Of a stretch of 64,000 nucleotides of DNA, positions 29,506 through 38,880 are shown one piece after another. The DNA is from Candidatus Bathyarchaeia archaeon (GTDB lineage Archaea; Thermoproteota; Bathyarchaeia; Bathyarchaeales; Bathycorpusculaceae). The notes under the pieces were generated by a model. That model was given only the letters and a program-made list of their open reading frames with translations. It had not been told where the DNA came from and did no database searches. The stretch is taken from assembly GCA_049515895.1 (NCBI GenBank), contig JBEKTQ010000003.1:1-64000 (forward strand). The letters are read 5' to 3'. How positions within the stretch are numbered: position 1 is the first letter of the stretch; the number at the start of each line of letters is the position of its first letter. Made by a program: the position numbers and the translations under genes.

Positions 29506-29853
29506 ATGGAAAAAACAGAAACTTTTAAAATGTCACCTGAAGAAATTTTGGATACAATAGAAAACTTGCAACAATACCTCAAACCTTGTAAACATTGCCG
29601 ACATGGCATCAGATCAGAGAAACCCTACATAGCTATGACTAATGTTCCAATTCCGGACTCAGTGGACCTAAAGAAATTCAAAGAAGGCACCGCAGCGTAT
29701 CAAAAAGCGTTAGCTACAACCGCTTGTAGGACCTGCATTGCCATCCAGGCGCTCAGAAACTTGCCGAGAGATAAACAGTTGGCCTTTGCCAAAGAACCAA
29801 ACTCAGAACTACTTGCTGAAGGTCTAGGGAGAAATGAAGAATGTCTGAATTAG
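29506..29853 (+). CDS. Zn-binding hypothetical protein
   Basis: CKHC and CRTC pairs. Confidence 0.6.
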   Translation: MEKTETFKMSPEEILDTIENLQQYLKPCKHCRHGIRSEKPYIAMTNVPIPDSVDLKKFKEGTAAYQKALATTACRTCIAIQALRNLPRDKQLAFAKEPNSELLAEGLGRNEECLN

Positions 29854-29993
29854 AGCTGGAATCCGTGACCGTTAAAGTGCCAAAAAGCTTCCTCAAAACC
29901 GTAAAGGACTACATAGCAAGAACAGGATACTACAACGACTTAAACGAGTTTGTTATGGAATCGCTGAGAGAACGAATTCTGCAAACATTATGA
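29841..29993 (+). CDS. Ribbon-helix-helix protein (not in ORF track)
   Basis: MSELELESVTVKVPKSFLKTVKDYIARTGYYNDLNEFVMESLRERILQTL. Confidence 0.8.
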   Translation: MSELELESVTVKVPKSFLKTVKDYIARTGYYNDLNEFVMESLRERILQTL

Positions 29994-30232
29994 TCTTAAC
30001 CTTCTTTTTTTTTATTTTTTCTTTTGTAAGGGCGGCCAAGAGCCCGATAACTCAAAACTCATCTCATCATGCCCCTTGAACCAGGGCTACTACCTAGGGC
30101 TTCTTGGTTTTGTTTCGCCCTTTTTTCTCTGTTTTTCTTTTGTAGAGGAGTCGGGGGCTTTGTTGCATATCGCGATAGTTCAATTTTTTTCACTTCCCTC
30201 GGCTTCTCTATTTTTCTAGAGAGGTTTGAGAC

Positions 30233-30454
30233 TTGGTTAAGAAACAAAAGGCAAAAAGACCTGCTTTCATTCTTGTATCTTTGGTTCTGCTCGTAATAGG
30301 CGTAGCACTTCTATATGGCTCAATAACGCTGTTATCAATTAGTTCGGGGTCTTTGGCGATTGTTTTTTCCAGTGTACCTTTGCTTCGTATGCTGGAGTTT
30401 GATCTTGGTGCTGTATTTGTCTTCTCAGGATCGTTAGTTCTGAGTGTCGCCTAA
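30233..30454 (+). CDS. Small two-TM membrane protein
   Basis: Basic N-terminus plus two hydrophobic helices; GAGGT SD. Confidence 0.65.
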   Translation: MVKKQKAKRPAFILVSLVLLVIGVALLYGSITLLSISSGSLAIVFSSVPLLRMLEFDLGAVFVFSGSLVLSVA

Positions 30455-30466
30455 GAGGTTTCAAAA

Positions 30467-30994
30467 TTGAGCTATCGCGGTCAAAAAAAGGGCTCTTATG
30501 CTCCGTATAAGAAATCTCGTTTTTCATGGGTTAGGTCTAAAAAGGCAAAACCAAAAGAAAACATTACTGACATCAAAGACGATCCTGAGCCTCAATCATC
30601 TAAAGATGATTCAGAACCTCAAAAAGTTAGGGATGAACCAGAACCTCAAACAGTAGCTCCCGAAACTATCAGTTGGCAAAATAGACCCTTGGCTCCGGAC
30701 ATAAGGATTTTTCTTGTTAGACCAGAAACTCTAACAGTCACCGGTGCTAGAACGATTTTGCCTGTTGACCTAACCCTGCAAAAGGAACTTGGGTATCAAA
30801 TCGCACTTTTGGCTGAAAGCCAGCGGCTTAACATCGAAGCGCAATCGGGTGACGGCTCAGTAAAAAAGTATCGCATCCTAAAAATTAGCTCTCAGTTACC
30901 AACAGACAAAAATTTGTCTTTCAGCGATTATCCTCTTGTCGGAAACATAAAAAACAGTCTAGGGCCTCACGGTTACACGATTTTGCCTCAGTAA
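30467..30994 (+). CDS. Hypothetical protein with basic/acidic N-terminus
   Basis: MSYRGQKKGSY.., DDPEPQ repeats. Confidence 0.65.
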   Translation: MSYRGQKKGSYAPYKKSRFSWVRSKKAKPKENITDIKDDPEPQSSKDDSEPQKVRDEPEPQTVAPETISWQNRPLAPDIRIFLVRPETLTVTGARTILPVDLTLQKELGYQIALLAESQRLNIEAQSGDGSVKKYRILKISSQLPTDKNLSFSDYPLVGNIKNSLGPHGYTILPQ

Positions 30995-31018
30995 TCATTT
31001 TTCTATTGAGGTTAGAGA

Positions 31019-31189
31019 TTGTCTTATAAAGGCAACAAAAAAGGCAATTATGGCTACAATCAGCGACGCGGCGGCCAAAGTGGGTTTCATAGCTACGGCA
31101 AAAGCAAGAATCGAAATGACAATGAGAGTTTTGAAAATCAGTCTCAGGAGCCTGAGAACCAAGCTGAGAATCAAGAGACAGAAGAATGA
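31019..31189 (+). CDS. Microprotein paralogous to the N-terminus of 30467-30994 (not in ORF track)
   Basis: (M)SYKGNKKGNYGYNQRRGGQSGFHSYGKSKNRNDNESFENQSQEPENQAENQETEE; GAGGT SD. Confidence 0.6.
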   Translation: MSYKGNKKGNYGYNQRRGGQSGFHSYGKSKNRNDNESFENQSQEPENQAENQETEE

Positions 31190-31358
31190 TGCTAAGTTTT
31201 TAGCGTCTCAAATCCTTTTTTTCTCTTTTTTAATTTTTTTGCTTAGTGTGTCAATGTTCCTAGGGCTTGTTAGGGGTTCTGTGTATTTAACGTCACCTAC
31301 CTAAAAATTAGTTAATTCCTACCTTTTTGTGAAAAATCGTCACCTAAGTAAATTACTT

Positions 31359-31814
31359 CTATTTTGGCATATTCGGCAAACTGGGCATCGGTTGATTTTC
31401 CTTATCTTCTTTTTTCTTACTCAGATATAACCCGATTCCAAAGCTTACGCTAAAAACAGTAATAGCAACCCCGAAAGCCACAGGAACCAATCCGACAAAA
31501 TAAGCCAATATAGAAAAAGCAACACTTGCAAGACCTATAGCCCATGTTATCGTTTTTGCCTCAATTTTACTTCCAGCGTAAACATTTACTTGGGCTCCGT
31601 GAACCCCTGAACCGCTTGTCAGTTGAGTTGTTTGCATTTGCCAAATGAGGTTTTGATAGAGTTGGAGCAATTCTTTATGCCTTTCAACTAATTCGTCATA
31701 TCTGCCTCTTTGATAATCCTCACTTATCTCCGAGCTCATAGATGTTTTTCCCTCAAGTCTTATTCGTTTTGAAGGGCTATTTAAAACAACCGAACAACAA
31801 GTTACTACATCCAT
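31359..31814 (-). CDS. Coiled-coil + two-TM membrane protein
   Basis: Probable start at MSSEISED; two C-terminal TM helices. Confidence 0.6.
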   Translation of the reverse strand: MDVVTCCSVVLNSPSKRIRLEGKTSMSSEISEDYQRGRYDELVERHKELLQLYQNLIWQMQTTQLTSGSGVHGAQVNVYAGSKIEAKTITWAIGLASVAFSILAYFVGLVPVAFGVAITVFSVSFGIGLYLSKKKEDKENQPMPSLPNMPK

Positions 31815-31964
31815 CTAGGGTTGTGCGGAAGAGCTATTTTTTGAAAACTGCAAGTTTTCTATGATTAATGCCTTTTACCGTTAGCCGAAGCTTCTATGCA
31901 AGCTTTTGTTAACATGACAAAACTTAAAACCTCTTAGATATAATGAAAAGAGGGGTTACTTGTC

Positions 31965-33050
31965 ATGATTCATGTTGGATTTGATAGCGCACCAATAAGG
32001 AAAGTACCTGTTCTTCCAGATGGTAAAAAAGGTTCAGAGTTTGTTGCTAACTTGGGTGTCTCAGTTTCCGTTGCTGATAAAGAAAGGTTTGAGGTTGCAT
32101 ATGATATTGCAATTGAACATGCATTCAAAAAAATTGGGGCAACACGGAAAAAGAGGTTTTATAAAGGCGCTCATTTAGTCGGCCAAGTTTCTGAACATGC
32201 ACCTCAAGTTATAGCTATGATGCTTAACGAATTAGCCCCCGAGATTTTGCATGTAGATGTATATTGTGCATATTATTCACAAGAATACATTTCTCTCTAT
32301 GGACAAAGTGAACCACAACAACTCTCACCTCCAGTCTTTGTAAAGAAGACACAAGGCGCTTTCCCACATGTGTGTGCTTGGTGGTATGTCTCTAAATATG
32401 AGCAAACAGAAAATCCACTTACACTTGAAATAGATTCAATGCAAACCGCTACTACTCCAGCATGGCGAAAATTGTCTAGTATCCCAGAGAAAAGCATCAA
32501 AATAGAATTTTACTTCGGTGGTGACGAATGTAACCCAATTATTTCATTAGCAGATTTGATTCTTAAGCTAATTAGAATCTTTCACAGGGGAACAGTTGAA
32601 GGGCGCTCTCTGCTTGAACCATTATACGATAGATGCACAAGTTACTGTTCTCAAAGAAAAGTCTGGTTTCACAATTTAGGATCAAGAGGCTTTATTTTAA
32701 AAGCAACAGCCCCAGATTTAGATATTCAAGCGAATACAAAACAATTCATCAAACATCCTCTCACATTCTATTATGCAACAAATAAACCCATGGAAGGCAA
32801 AGATGAAATTGCAAACGCCCTATATTTATCTCCGATTTACAACGCAATTGCTTACAATGTTTCTTGCGTTAAAGGTGGCATGAAGAAGTTTTCACCTACA
32901 GAAGACATACACATATGGAATCCTGAACTCGATAGCATTGTTCCCTTCACAAAGGAAGATAAAGAGCAATTAAAACGACTTGAAACCTACGGGTACACTC
33001 TGCCCCAACTGAAGGAACCGAAGGACTTGATTAAGTCCTCTAAATTCTAA
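31965..33050 (+). CDS. Hypothetical protein, possible RNase H-like (DUF3800-like) fold
   Basis: N-terminal VGFD, mid EIDS, GDECNPIISLADLI. Confidence 0.5.
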   Translation: MIHVGFDSAPIRKVPVLPDGKKGSEFVANLGVSVSVADKERFEVAYDIAIEHAFKKIGATRKKRFYKGAHLVGQVSEHAPQVIAMMLNELAPEILHVDVYCAYYSQEYISLYGQSEPQQLSPPVFVKKTQGAFPHVCAWWYVSKYEQTENPLTLEIDSMQTATTPAWRKLSSIPEKSIKIEFYFGGDECNPIISLADLILKLIRIFHRGTVEGRSLLEPLYDRCTSYCSQRKVWFHNLGSRGFILKATAPDLDIQANTKQFIKHPLTFYYATNKPMEGKDEIANALYLSPIYNAIAYNVSCVKGGMKKFSPTEDIHIWNPELDSIVPFTKEDKEQLKRLETYGYTLPQLKEPKDLIKSSKF

Positions 33051-33813
33051 ATCTAAAGTAGTAAGACGCACATTCCGCGTACAAGAGCTACCCTTTGGTC
33101 TTAGGGTGCCCATTATGTCCATGCACATAAGTTGTATATAAAACTTAGTCCGAAACAGTATGGAGACACAATCTGAACAGCAAAGCAATAAGTCAATGTT
33201 TTCTTTTTTCGTGTGAGGAGCTGGGAGCGATTTGCAACAATCCATTTCTTGACTCAATTAAATTATTACCTCGCTCTCAGCTTCTCTTTATGCTTATGAA
33301 CGGCATTGAGGTTTCTCAACTCATTTACCCTACTCTAAACACTCACAATAGTTAAGACGCTATCGCTCTATATGCTATAGTCAGAACAGCTTTATCCTTT
33401 AGGTCATGGCAATTTATCATCAAGCTTCACGCCTAGAAGGTTTTTTTGTTTTTAAAAAACTGAAAACGGTAACGCACGTTACATTTTCCTCTTATCCTCG
33501 TTTAACATTATTTAACCGCTAAAACCCTCTATTTACCATATATAAAAGGTGTACGTACGGGTTGCGTAACGCAGCGCCCATGCAAAATTAGTCTTTTACT
33601 AGCGCTAAAATATTTGTATTGTGTTTCAGGTAGGGTAATGACATAAAAGAGCTTTGTAACGCACATATAAAGGAGTCCATGCTTGAGCGTTACCTTTTAG
33701 GCTTTAGGCTTGGCTTTCAGGTGTCAGTTTGGGGTTTTGCATGGTAAAAGTCCATGATTAAAACGTGAAGAAATAATGTTAAGGAAACATGTAGAAAAAT
33801 GGTGTTAGAAAGT

Positions 33814-34785
33814 TTAATCCCTGTCGCTCTTTTCAGGTTTCCAAGGCACTACATCTTTCTGTTTCTCTATAAGTTCGTTTGTCATGCACTCGGGAAAAGG
33901 CATTGGAAAATTATGGCTAAAGAAATAGTCGTTAACCATAACTTTTTGATTGTAACTACCATGCTCAATCAAGTATTTCACTATCAGCTCCTTTTCTTCT
34001 TTGCTTGAAGTGTGATCCATACCCATTTGGCTAATCCGGTCAAGTATTTTTTGAGGTGTGTTGATGAATTGGTTAATTCCATGTAACATTCCATCATGGA
34101 TATGGAAGGCTCTTTGGTTATGCTCAAACAACGTATGTTTGGGAAGGTAACTGCATTTACAACTATCTTTTTCGGATATGTAACGCTCTTGTACCGCAGG
34201 GCCTTGGTCAACATTTTCAGCTTCTGGTATGGTTACGCCGTATTTTTCTGCTCGGAGTTTGTCACGTATTTTTTCAGCCTTTTTGCTTTTCTGCCAAGTT
34301 TCCAACCAATTTATGAAGGTATTTTTGTCACGTTCAGTAAAGTCGTCTTGAGAACTTACTTTGTATGTCAATAATCCTTTTATGATTGTATCCACGTTCT
34401 CAACTGTCAACGGTGTTGTTTTTTGGGCTACAGCGTTAATCAAGTCAAACCTGCTACTCAACGCTTTTTTGATACTTTGTAATTCTTGCTGGTGCTCTTC
34501 AACTTCAGAAACAAGTCTTTCATAAGAAACGTCAATCTGGATGTGCGCTCCCGATTGCTTAGCTTCATTTTCGATTAGCTCTGTAACCTTTGCCGTCATT
34601 TTGCCCTCTGGAGATATTTTCTTCAGAGCCTCTTTGATTGCTGGAGTCACACGCATGTTTAGGGTTACAAGTTTATCTTTGGATGGCTCTGGTTCTTTTG
34701 CCCTCTCAGATTCCTTATTTTCTTCAGGTTTTTTAGTTTCGTCATCGTTAGATTTTTCGTTGTCAGTCAATTTTCTTCTCTCCAA
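33814..34785 (-). CDS. RHH-like + coiled-coil protein
   Basis: VTLNMRVTPAIKEALKK..KVTELIENE. Confidence 0.6.
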   Translation of the reverse strand: MERRKLTDNEKSNDDETKKPEENKESERAKEPEPSKDKLVTLNMRVTPAIKEALKKISPEGKMTAKVTELIENEAKQSGAHIQIDVSYERLVSEVEEHQQELQSIKKALSSRFDLINAVAQKTTPLTVENVDTIIKGLLTYKVSSQDDFTERDKNTFINWLETWQKSKKAEKIRDKLRAEKYGVTIPEAENVDQGPAVQERYISEKDSCKCSYLPKHTLFEHNQRAFHIHDGMLHGINQFINTPQKILDRISQMGMDHTSSKEEKELIVKYLIEHGSYNQKVMVNDYFFSHNFPMPFPECMTNELIEKQKDVVPWKPEKSDRD

Positions 34786-35225
34786 ATTATGGTTACGGTT
34801 GGCCCATCTTTCTTAGTTTGCGCACGCGCTTTGAATTGTTCTACGCAACGAGGGCATAAAATCCAAATGAATTCTTTTTCTTCGTGCCCTACAACCTCAG
34901 TTTTTCCGTTTGTATTTACCTTGGTTTTAATGCTGAACCGTTGATGTCGTACAAATTGATGTGCTATGTTTCTGCAGGATGTCGTATCGCATGGTTCAGA
35001 AAGACCAGGACATTGGTACAGCTCCAATATATGCGCGTCTTGTCCTCTTAATTGCTCTTGCGAAAACTGCATATTTTCAAGGAGTTGATCGCATACGAAG
35101 CAGCCAATAGTATCGACTCTTTTGTCTTGTAAGGAAAAAATACACGGTTGGTTGCAACACGCACAGAATCGCATAGCGTATTTTTCTGCAGGTAAATCTC
35201 GGTCAAATTCATTCAAACTGCTCAA
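34767..35225 (-). CDS. Cys-rich Zn-finger protein
   Basis: CACC, CFVC, CPRC. Confidence 0.6.
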   Translation of the reverse strand: MSSLNEFDRDLPAEKYAMRFCACCNQPCIFSLQDKRVDTIGCFVCDQLLENMQFSQEQLRGQDAHILELYQCPGLSEPCDTTSCRNIAHQFVRHQRFSIKTKVNTNGKTEVVGHEEKEFIWILCPRCVEQFKARAQTKKDGPTVTIIWREEN

Positions 35226-35296
35226 ACTTAGTCGCCAATAGAAAAATAACGGAATATGGTTAGTCTCAGGTTAGGATTTTCAGGTTTTCGTTAGTT

Positions 35297-35527
35297 TCAC
35301 TTTGTAACTACTTGCTCACTCGTAGTTGTTTCTTGCTGAAGCGGTTTTTCTATGATTTGGAAAACTCCTATTATCCGGTGATTCTTGACGGCCTGCTCCA
35401 GTAGGTCTTGAATGCCAATAACATAAAGTCTCTTGTCTATCTCAATTTTCAGGGCTTGAAGGTCTTTATCGACCTGGGCCACGCCTATCTTTTCAAAGAC
35501 CAAGTACGTTTCTCTCCTAAATATCAA
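35297..35527 (-). CDS. Small hypothetical protein
   Basis: Directly follows the integrase. Confidence 0.5.
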   Translation of the reverse strand: MIFRRETYLVFEKIGVAQVDKDLQALKIEIDKRLYVIGIQDLLEQAVKNHRIIGVFQIIEKPLQQETTTSEQVVTK

Positions 35528-35528
35528 T

Positions 35529-36824
35529 TTATAGTTTCATTAAGAATTTATCATCATCTAGGGATTGAACCAAACTGTAGCCGTCCTCAAGTTTCTTGAG
35601 TAATTCAGTATCGCCTTTCACGATAATATTCTTGGGCTGTTGTTTCTGTATTTCTCTCGTTCTTATGCCTTCAGCGTCATCCTTTAGTTTGCGAAATTCC
35701 GTTATAGCCTCATCTGGGTCTTTAGCCCTTGCTAATACCTCTTCCAGCTTCCTTAATTGGTTAGGTTCATATCCCTGCAACCTTGCGAAGTCTAAAAGCA
35801 TTTGGCTTCTAAGTTTCTTCTCTTCAGTTGGAACAGCATAAACCGACAAGTGTGGAACAGCCTTACGGTATTCAGCTAAATGCAAATGTTCTTCAGCCTT
35901 GAAATAAGACATATCCAAATAAAGACCCTGGTGCCCCATCCAACGCTCGCGGTAAGAAGCGTCGACACCTATACAGTTTGAACGGAAATACTTTCTTAGG
36001 GTGTGAACATGAAGAACATAGAAGTAATTAGCTTTCTCGTTTAATCCTGCTTTCTTGAGTAACCTAGCCCAAACTTTCTCAAAAGCTGCTATACCGATGA
36101 AAGAACCTTTGTAAGTATAGTTAGTTACTAAGGGGCTTTCAGGGGTTATGATCTCTCCAGCGTTTTCTCTCTCAGCTAGATACTCTTGCAAAGCTGCTTT
36201 AGCTTCAGGGCTTATGAAAGTACAGAAAAAGCGTCCGGCTGCTCTACCTTTATTTGAGAATTTACGGCCACGTTTTCTTTCAACAGTTAACCGCGCCACG
36301 TCTGGGTAGTTTAAGTCAATATCTCCAACTTTCAAACTTAGAAAGGTGCCAATCCTTAAACCGCTGCTCGAATCTCCAAGAACCACAAACCGATCTCTGC
36401 ATCTCGTAGCATGATTAAGAAGTTTTTTCAGTTCTTCTTTTGTTGGCGCTCTATCCTCTTCCGTTATCTCGGTTGCTGTCGGTAGTTCAATCTTTGCCCA
36501 ATCAACCTTGACACCATTGAGATCAAGCCACTTTTTGACACCATAAACGTAAAGTCTAACTGACTTGTGGCTTCTTTCCATTTTGTCTAGAGCGTAGTCA
36601 ATAAAGGAATCAACCTTAGCTCCAGCATCCACTTTGCACTCAAGCATCGCTGTAAGCGCGGTTTCTGGATCTGAAAAACCTAAGTACATCACGAATCTTG
36701 ATATGCCATTGATATAATTAGAAACTGTTTTCTCGCTGCCCATTCTTCTTGAGCCGGTTATGGCTTCGTTAATTTTTCTTACACTGGGGTACTTTTCGAT
36801 ATATTCTCTTGCGAATCTTCGCAT
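35529..36824 (-). CDS. Tyrosine recombinase/integrase
   Basis: GLRIG (R), HTLRK (HxxR), MGH, MSY (Y); N-terminal core-binding domain; adjacent to attR. Confidence 0.93.
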   Translation of the reverse strand: MRRFAREYIEKYPSVRKINEAITGSRRMGSEKTVSNYINGISRFVMYLGFSDPETALTAMLECKVDAGAKVDSFIDYALDKMERSHKSVRLYVYGVKKWLDLNGVKVDWAKIELPTATEITEEDRAPTKEELKKLLNHATRCRDRFVVLGDSSSGLRIGTFLSLKVGDIDLNYPDVARLTVERKRGRKFSNKGRAAGRFFCTFISPEAKAALQEYLAERENAGEIITPESPLVTNYTYKGSFIGIAAFEKVWARLLKKAGLNEKANYFYVLHVHTLRKYFRSNCIGVDASYRERWMGHQGLYLDMSYFKAEEHLHLAEYRKAVPHLSVYAVPTEEKKLRSQMLLDFARLQGYEPNQLRKLEEVLARAKDPDEAITEFRKLKDDAEGIRTREIQKQQPKNIIVKGDTELLKKLEDGYSLVQSLDDDKFLMKL

Positions 36825-36889
36825 TTTTATCCCTGAATATGCTTACGCATAAGTTCTATTTATAGTTAATCACCCTTTAGCGTAGGGCT

Positions 36890-36902
36890 TATTCGGGTAA
36901 AT
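36890..36902. repeat. attR core (13-bp direct repeat)
   Basis: TATTCGGGTAAAT, identical to 20995-21007. Confidence 0.85.
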
Positions 36903-36995
36903 TAGCCTCTCTCTTATTTTTAAACAATTTTTCCCCAAATTAATTATTTTTCAAGTAACACGCTAAAAGACAAGGACAAAAAGCAAAAAAAACAG

Positions 36996-38141
36996 TTATT
37001 TTATTGGTAAGCTGCTTTGTTCTTTGGCAGCTTCGAGCGGCTGATTAACAATTGGCATTTTCGCCGCTTTTCTCCTTTCACTAATCAACTTCCATGCGAT
37101 GATGGGTGCCCAACCGCTGATGATCATTACTGTCCCTGGGAACCCGCCGATGTCTCGTCCAACGATAGGTTTCAGACCGATTATTATGTCCGTCAGGAAA
37201 GCTTCCCAAATACCGAAGGCAACAGCTACTGCCACGGCGGCGATCAAGGCGGTTTTCCTTCCGAACTTATTGAACGTTTGAACTATCAGAACCCCTGCGA
37301 AGAAAAAGTCGCCGAGTCCAAGTCCTCTGAACAAGTACGCGCCAGCTTGAGTCATAAGGGGAATATTCGGGAGCCAAACCAGCACCGGAAGACCAAGTGA
37401 AGTGAACGAAGTTGCGGCGGTAACCATTGCTGGTGTCCCAATCACCAGAATTATGTCCATTGCCGTTAAAAGAACGGCGAAGAGTCCCACGGTCTTCCAA
37501 CTGAACAGGGAGCTAAGATAAAGAATTATTAAGATCGCAAATGTTAACCCGAATACATCCATAAGGTAAGGCGCCCAAACCGCCGCTGTGCCACGGTTGC
37601 TGATGAAGTTAAAGAACACAAACAGTAGCACAAATATTGCGGGAGGCTGAACAGCCACATACCATCGCTGCCTAAGCGACGTATCTTTCCCTGCGTAAAC
37701 TGAAACAACAAAGCAGAAAACCGCTAAACTGAAAAACGCCCCTACTCGGTAGATTGTAAAAGCGTCACGGAATGGAGACAAAAGGCAAACGACGCCCGCC
37801 ACAATGCTCGCTACGCCGAAGCCGACTGAAAGCAGTTGTGCCCTAATTTTGGTGAGACCAGAGAACACGTATGAAATTGTAAACAGCAGCATAGTGTAGG
37901 CTGAAAGGAAAAAGACTAAGAGAATGTTCTCAAATGTTGCCCCGGGATTGTACGTTGCAGTGATTGCAATAGCTGAAATAATTATAGCCATGAAGACTAT
38001 AAGTAAAACTACGTCTCTTGTCTTCAGCTCTTTTTCTTCAATGGTTGACTGCAATTTGCCAGAAACACGCTTGTTAAGAAGCATGGCAACGGTAACCACG
38101 ACTAACAGTGCAATAGGCATTGCAACGTCGAGGGATGGCAT
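36996..38141 (-). CDS. Presenilin/SPP-like GxGD intramembrane aspartyl protease
   Basis: AMDIIL (YD-like), GLGLGDFFF, FPG (PAL-like); multi-TM. Confidence 0.75.
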   Translation of the reverse strand: MPSLDVAMPIALLVVVTVAMLLNKRVSGKLQSTIEEKELKTRDVVLLIVFMAIIISAIAITATYNPGATFENILLVFFLSAYTMLLFTISYVFSGLTKIRAQLLSVGFGVASIVAGVVCLLSPFRDAFTIYRVGAFFSLAVFCFVVSVYAGKDTSLRQRWYVAVQPPAIFVLLFVFFNFISNRGTAAVWAPYLMDVFGLTFAILIILYLSSLFSWKTVGLFAVLLTAMDIILVIGTPAMVTAATSFTSLGLPVLVWLPNIPLMTQAGAYLFRGLGLGDFFFAGVLIVQTFNKFGRKTALIAAVAVAVAFGIWEAFLTDIIIGLKPIVGRDIGGFPGTVMIISGWAPIIAWKLISERRKAAKMPIVNQPLEAAKEQSSLPIK

Positions 38142-38262
38142 AGACAGCACAATAATCAGCGACGCATTTATTTCTTTAGCCAAAACAGAAAAGAACTATC
38201 GGCATTTACGTCGACTAGCTCCTGGATTAAACTTAAGAACGACAACCCAATTACCCACACGC

Positions 38263-38844
38263 ATGGAATCAACACCCAGAAGATGTTGGGGAACGACTAA
38301 TCCCCTTTATGTCAAATACCATGATGAAGAATGGGGCGTCCCCGTTCATGACGACCGCAATCTTTTCGAGTTCCTAGTCCTCGACAGCTTTCAGGCCGGC
38401 TTAACGTGGTTAATAATACTTCAGCGAAGAGAGTACTTCAGAAAAGCCTTCAGTGATTTCAACCCTGAAAAAGTCGCAAAATACACATCTATCGACGCAG
38501 AACGATTAATGAGGACACCTAATATCATCCACAATCAATTGAAAATTAAAGCAGCCATAAACAACGCTGAAAAATTCCTATCGGTCCAAAAAGAATTCGG
38601 CAGTTTTGACGCCTACGTCTGGCGTTTTGTCAACGGGAAAACAATCCACAACTCTTTCGAAAGCTTAGCAGATTTGCCTGCGGAAACGGAGGAGTCAAGG
38701 GCGATGAGCCAAGACCTAAAAAAGAGGGGTTTCAAGTTTGTCGGACCCACAATATGCTACGCTTTCATGCAAGCCGCAGGTTTAGTTAACGACCACCTGC
38801 TGTTTTGCTTCAGATACAAGCAAATCAAAGAAAACAAGTTCTAA
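38263..38844 (+). CDS. tag: DNA-3-methyladenine glycosylase I
   Basis: RCWG..YHDEEWGVP..FQAGLTW..FKFVGPTICYAFMQAAGLVNDH; start at MESTP. Confidence 0.93.
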   Translation: MESTPRRCWGTTNPLYVKYHDEEWGVPVHDDRNLFEFLVLDSFQAGLTWLIILQRREYFRKAFSDFNPEKVAKYTSIDAERLMRTPNIIHNQLKIKAAINNAEKFLSVQKEFGSFDAYVWRFVNGKTIHNSFESLADLPAETEESRAMSQDLKKRGFKFVGPTICYAFMQAAGLVNDHLLFCFRYKQIKENKF

Positions 38845-38880
38845 AAACTGACCGAACGACGCGAGGCTTTACTTAGGGAT

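Larger units (their letters stand above)
20995..36902. mobile_element. Integrated plasmid/provirus-like element inserted at the 3' end of rpl12
   Basis: Flanking direct repeat, terminal tyrosine integrase, MCM-like, ParB, Doc and RHH genes, visibly more AT-rich than flanks. Confidence 0.9.

Noticed and set aside
31050-31304. 84-aa ORF in the track
   Set aside because: The overlapping frame 31019-31189 has an SD and paralogy support; this frame runs into a T-tract
31291-31346. CGTCACCTA direct repeat
   Set aside because: Only two 9-bp copies between convergent genes; not enough support
37924-38262. N-terminal extension of tag in the ORF track
   Set aside because: It is antisense to the presenilin-like gene; Tag homology begins at MESTP (38263)
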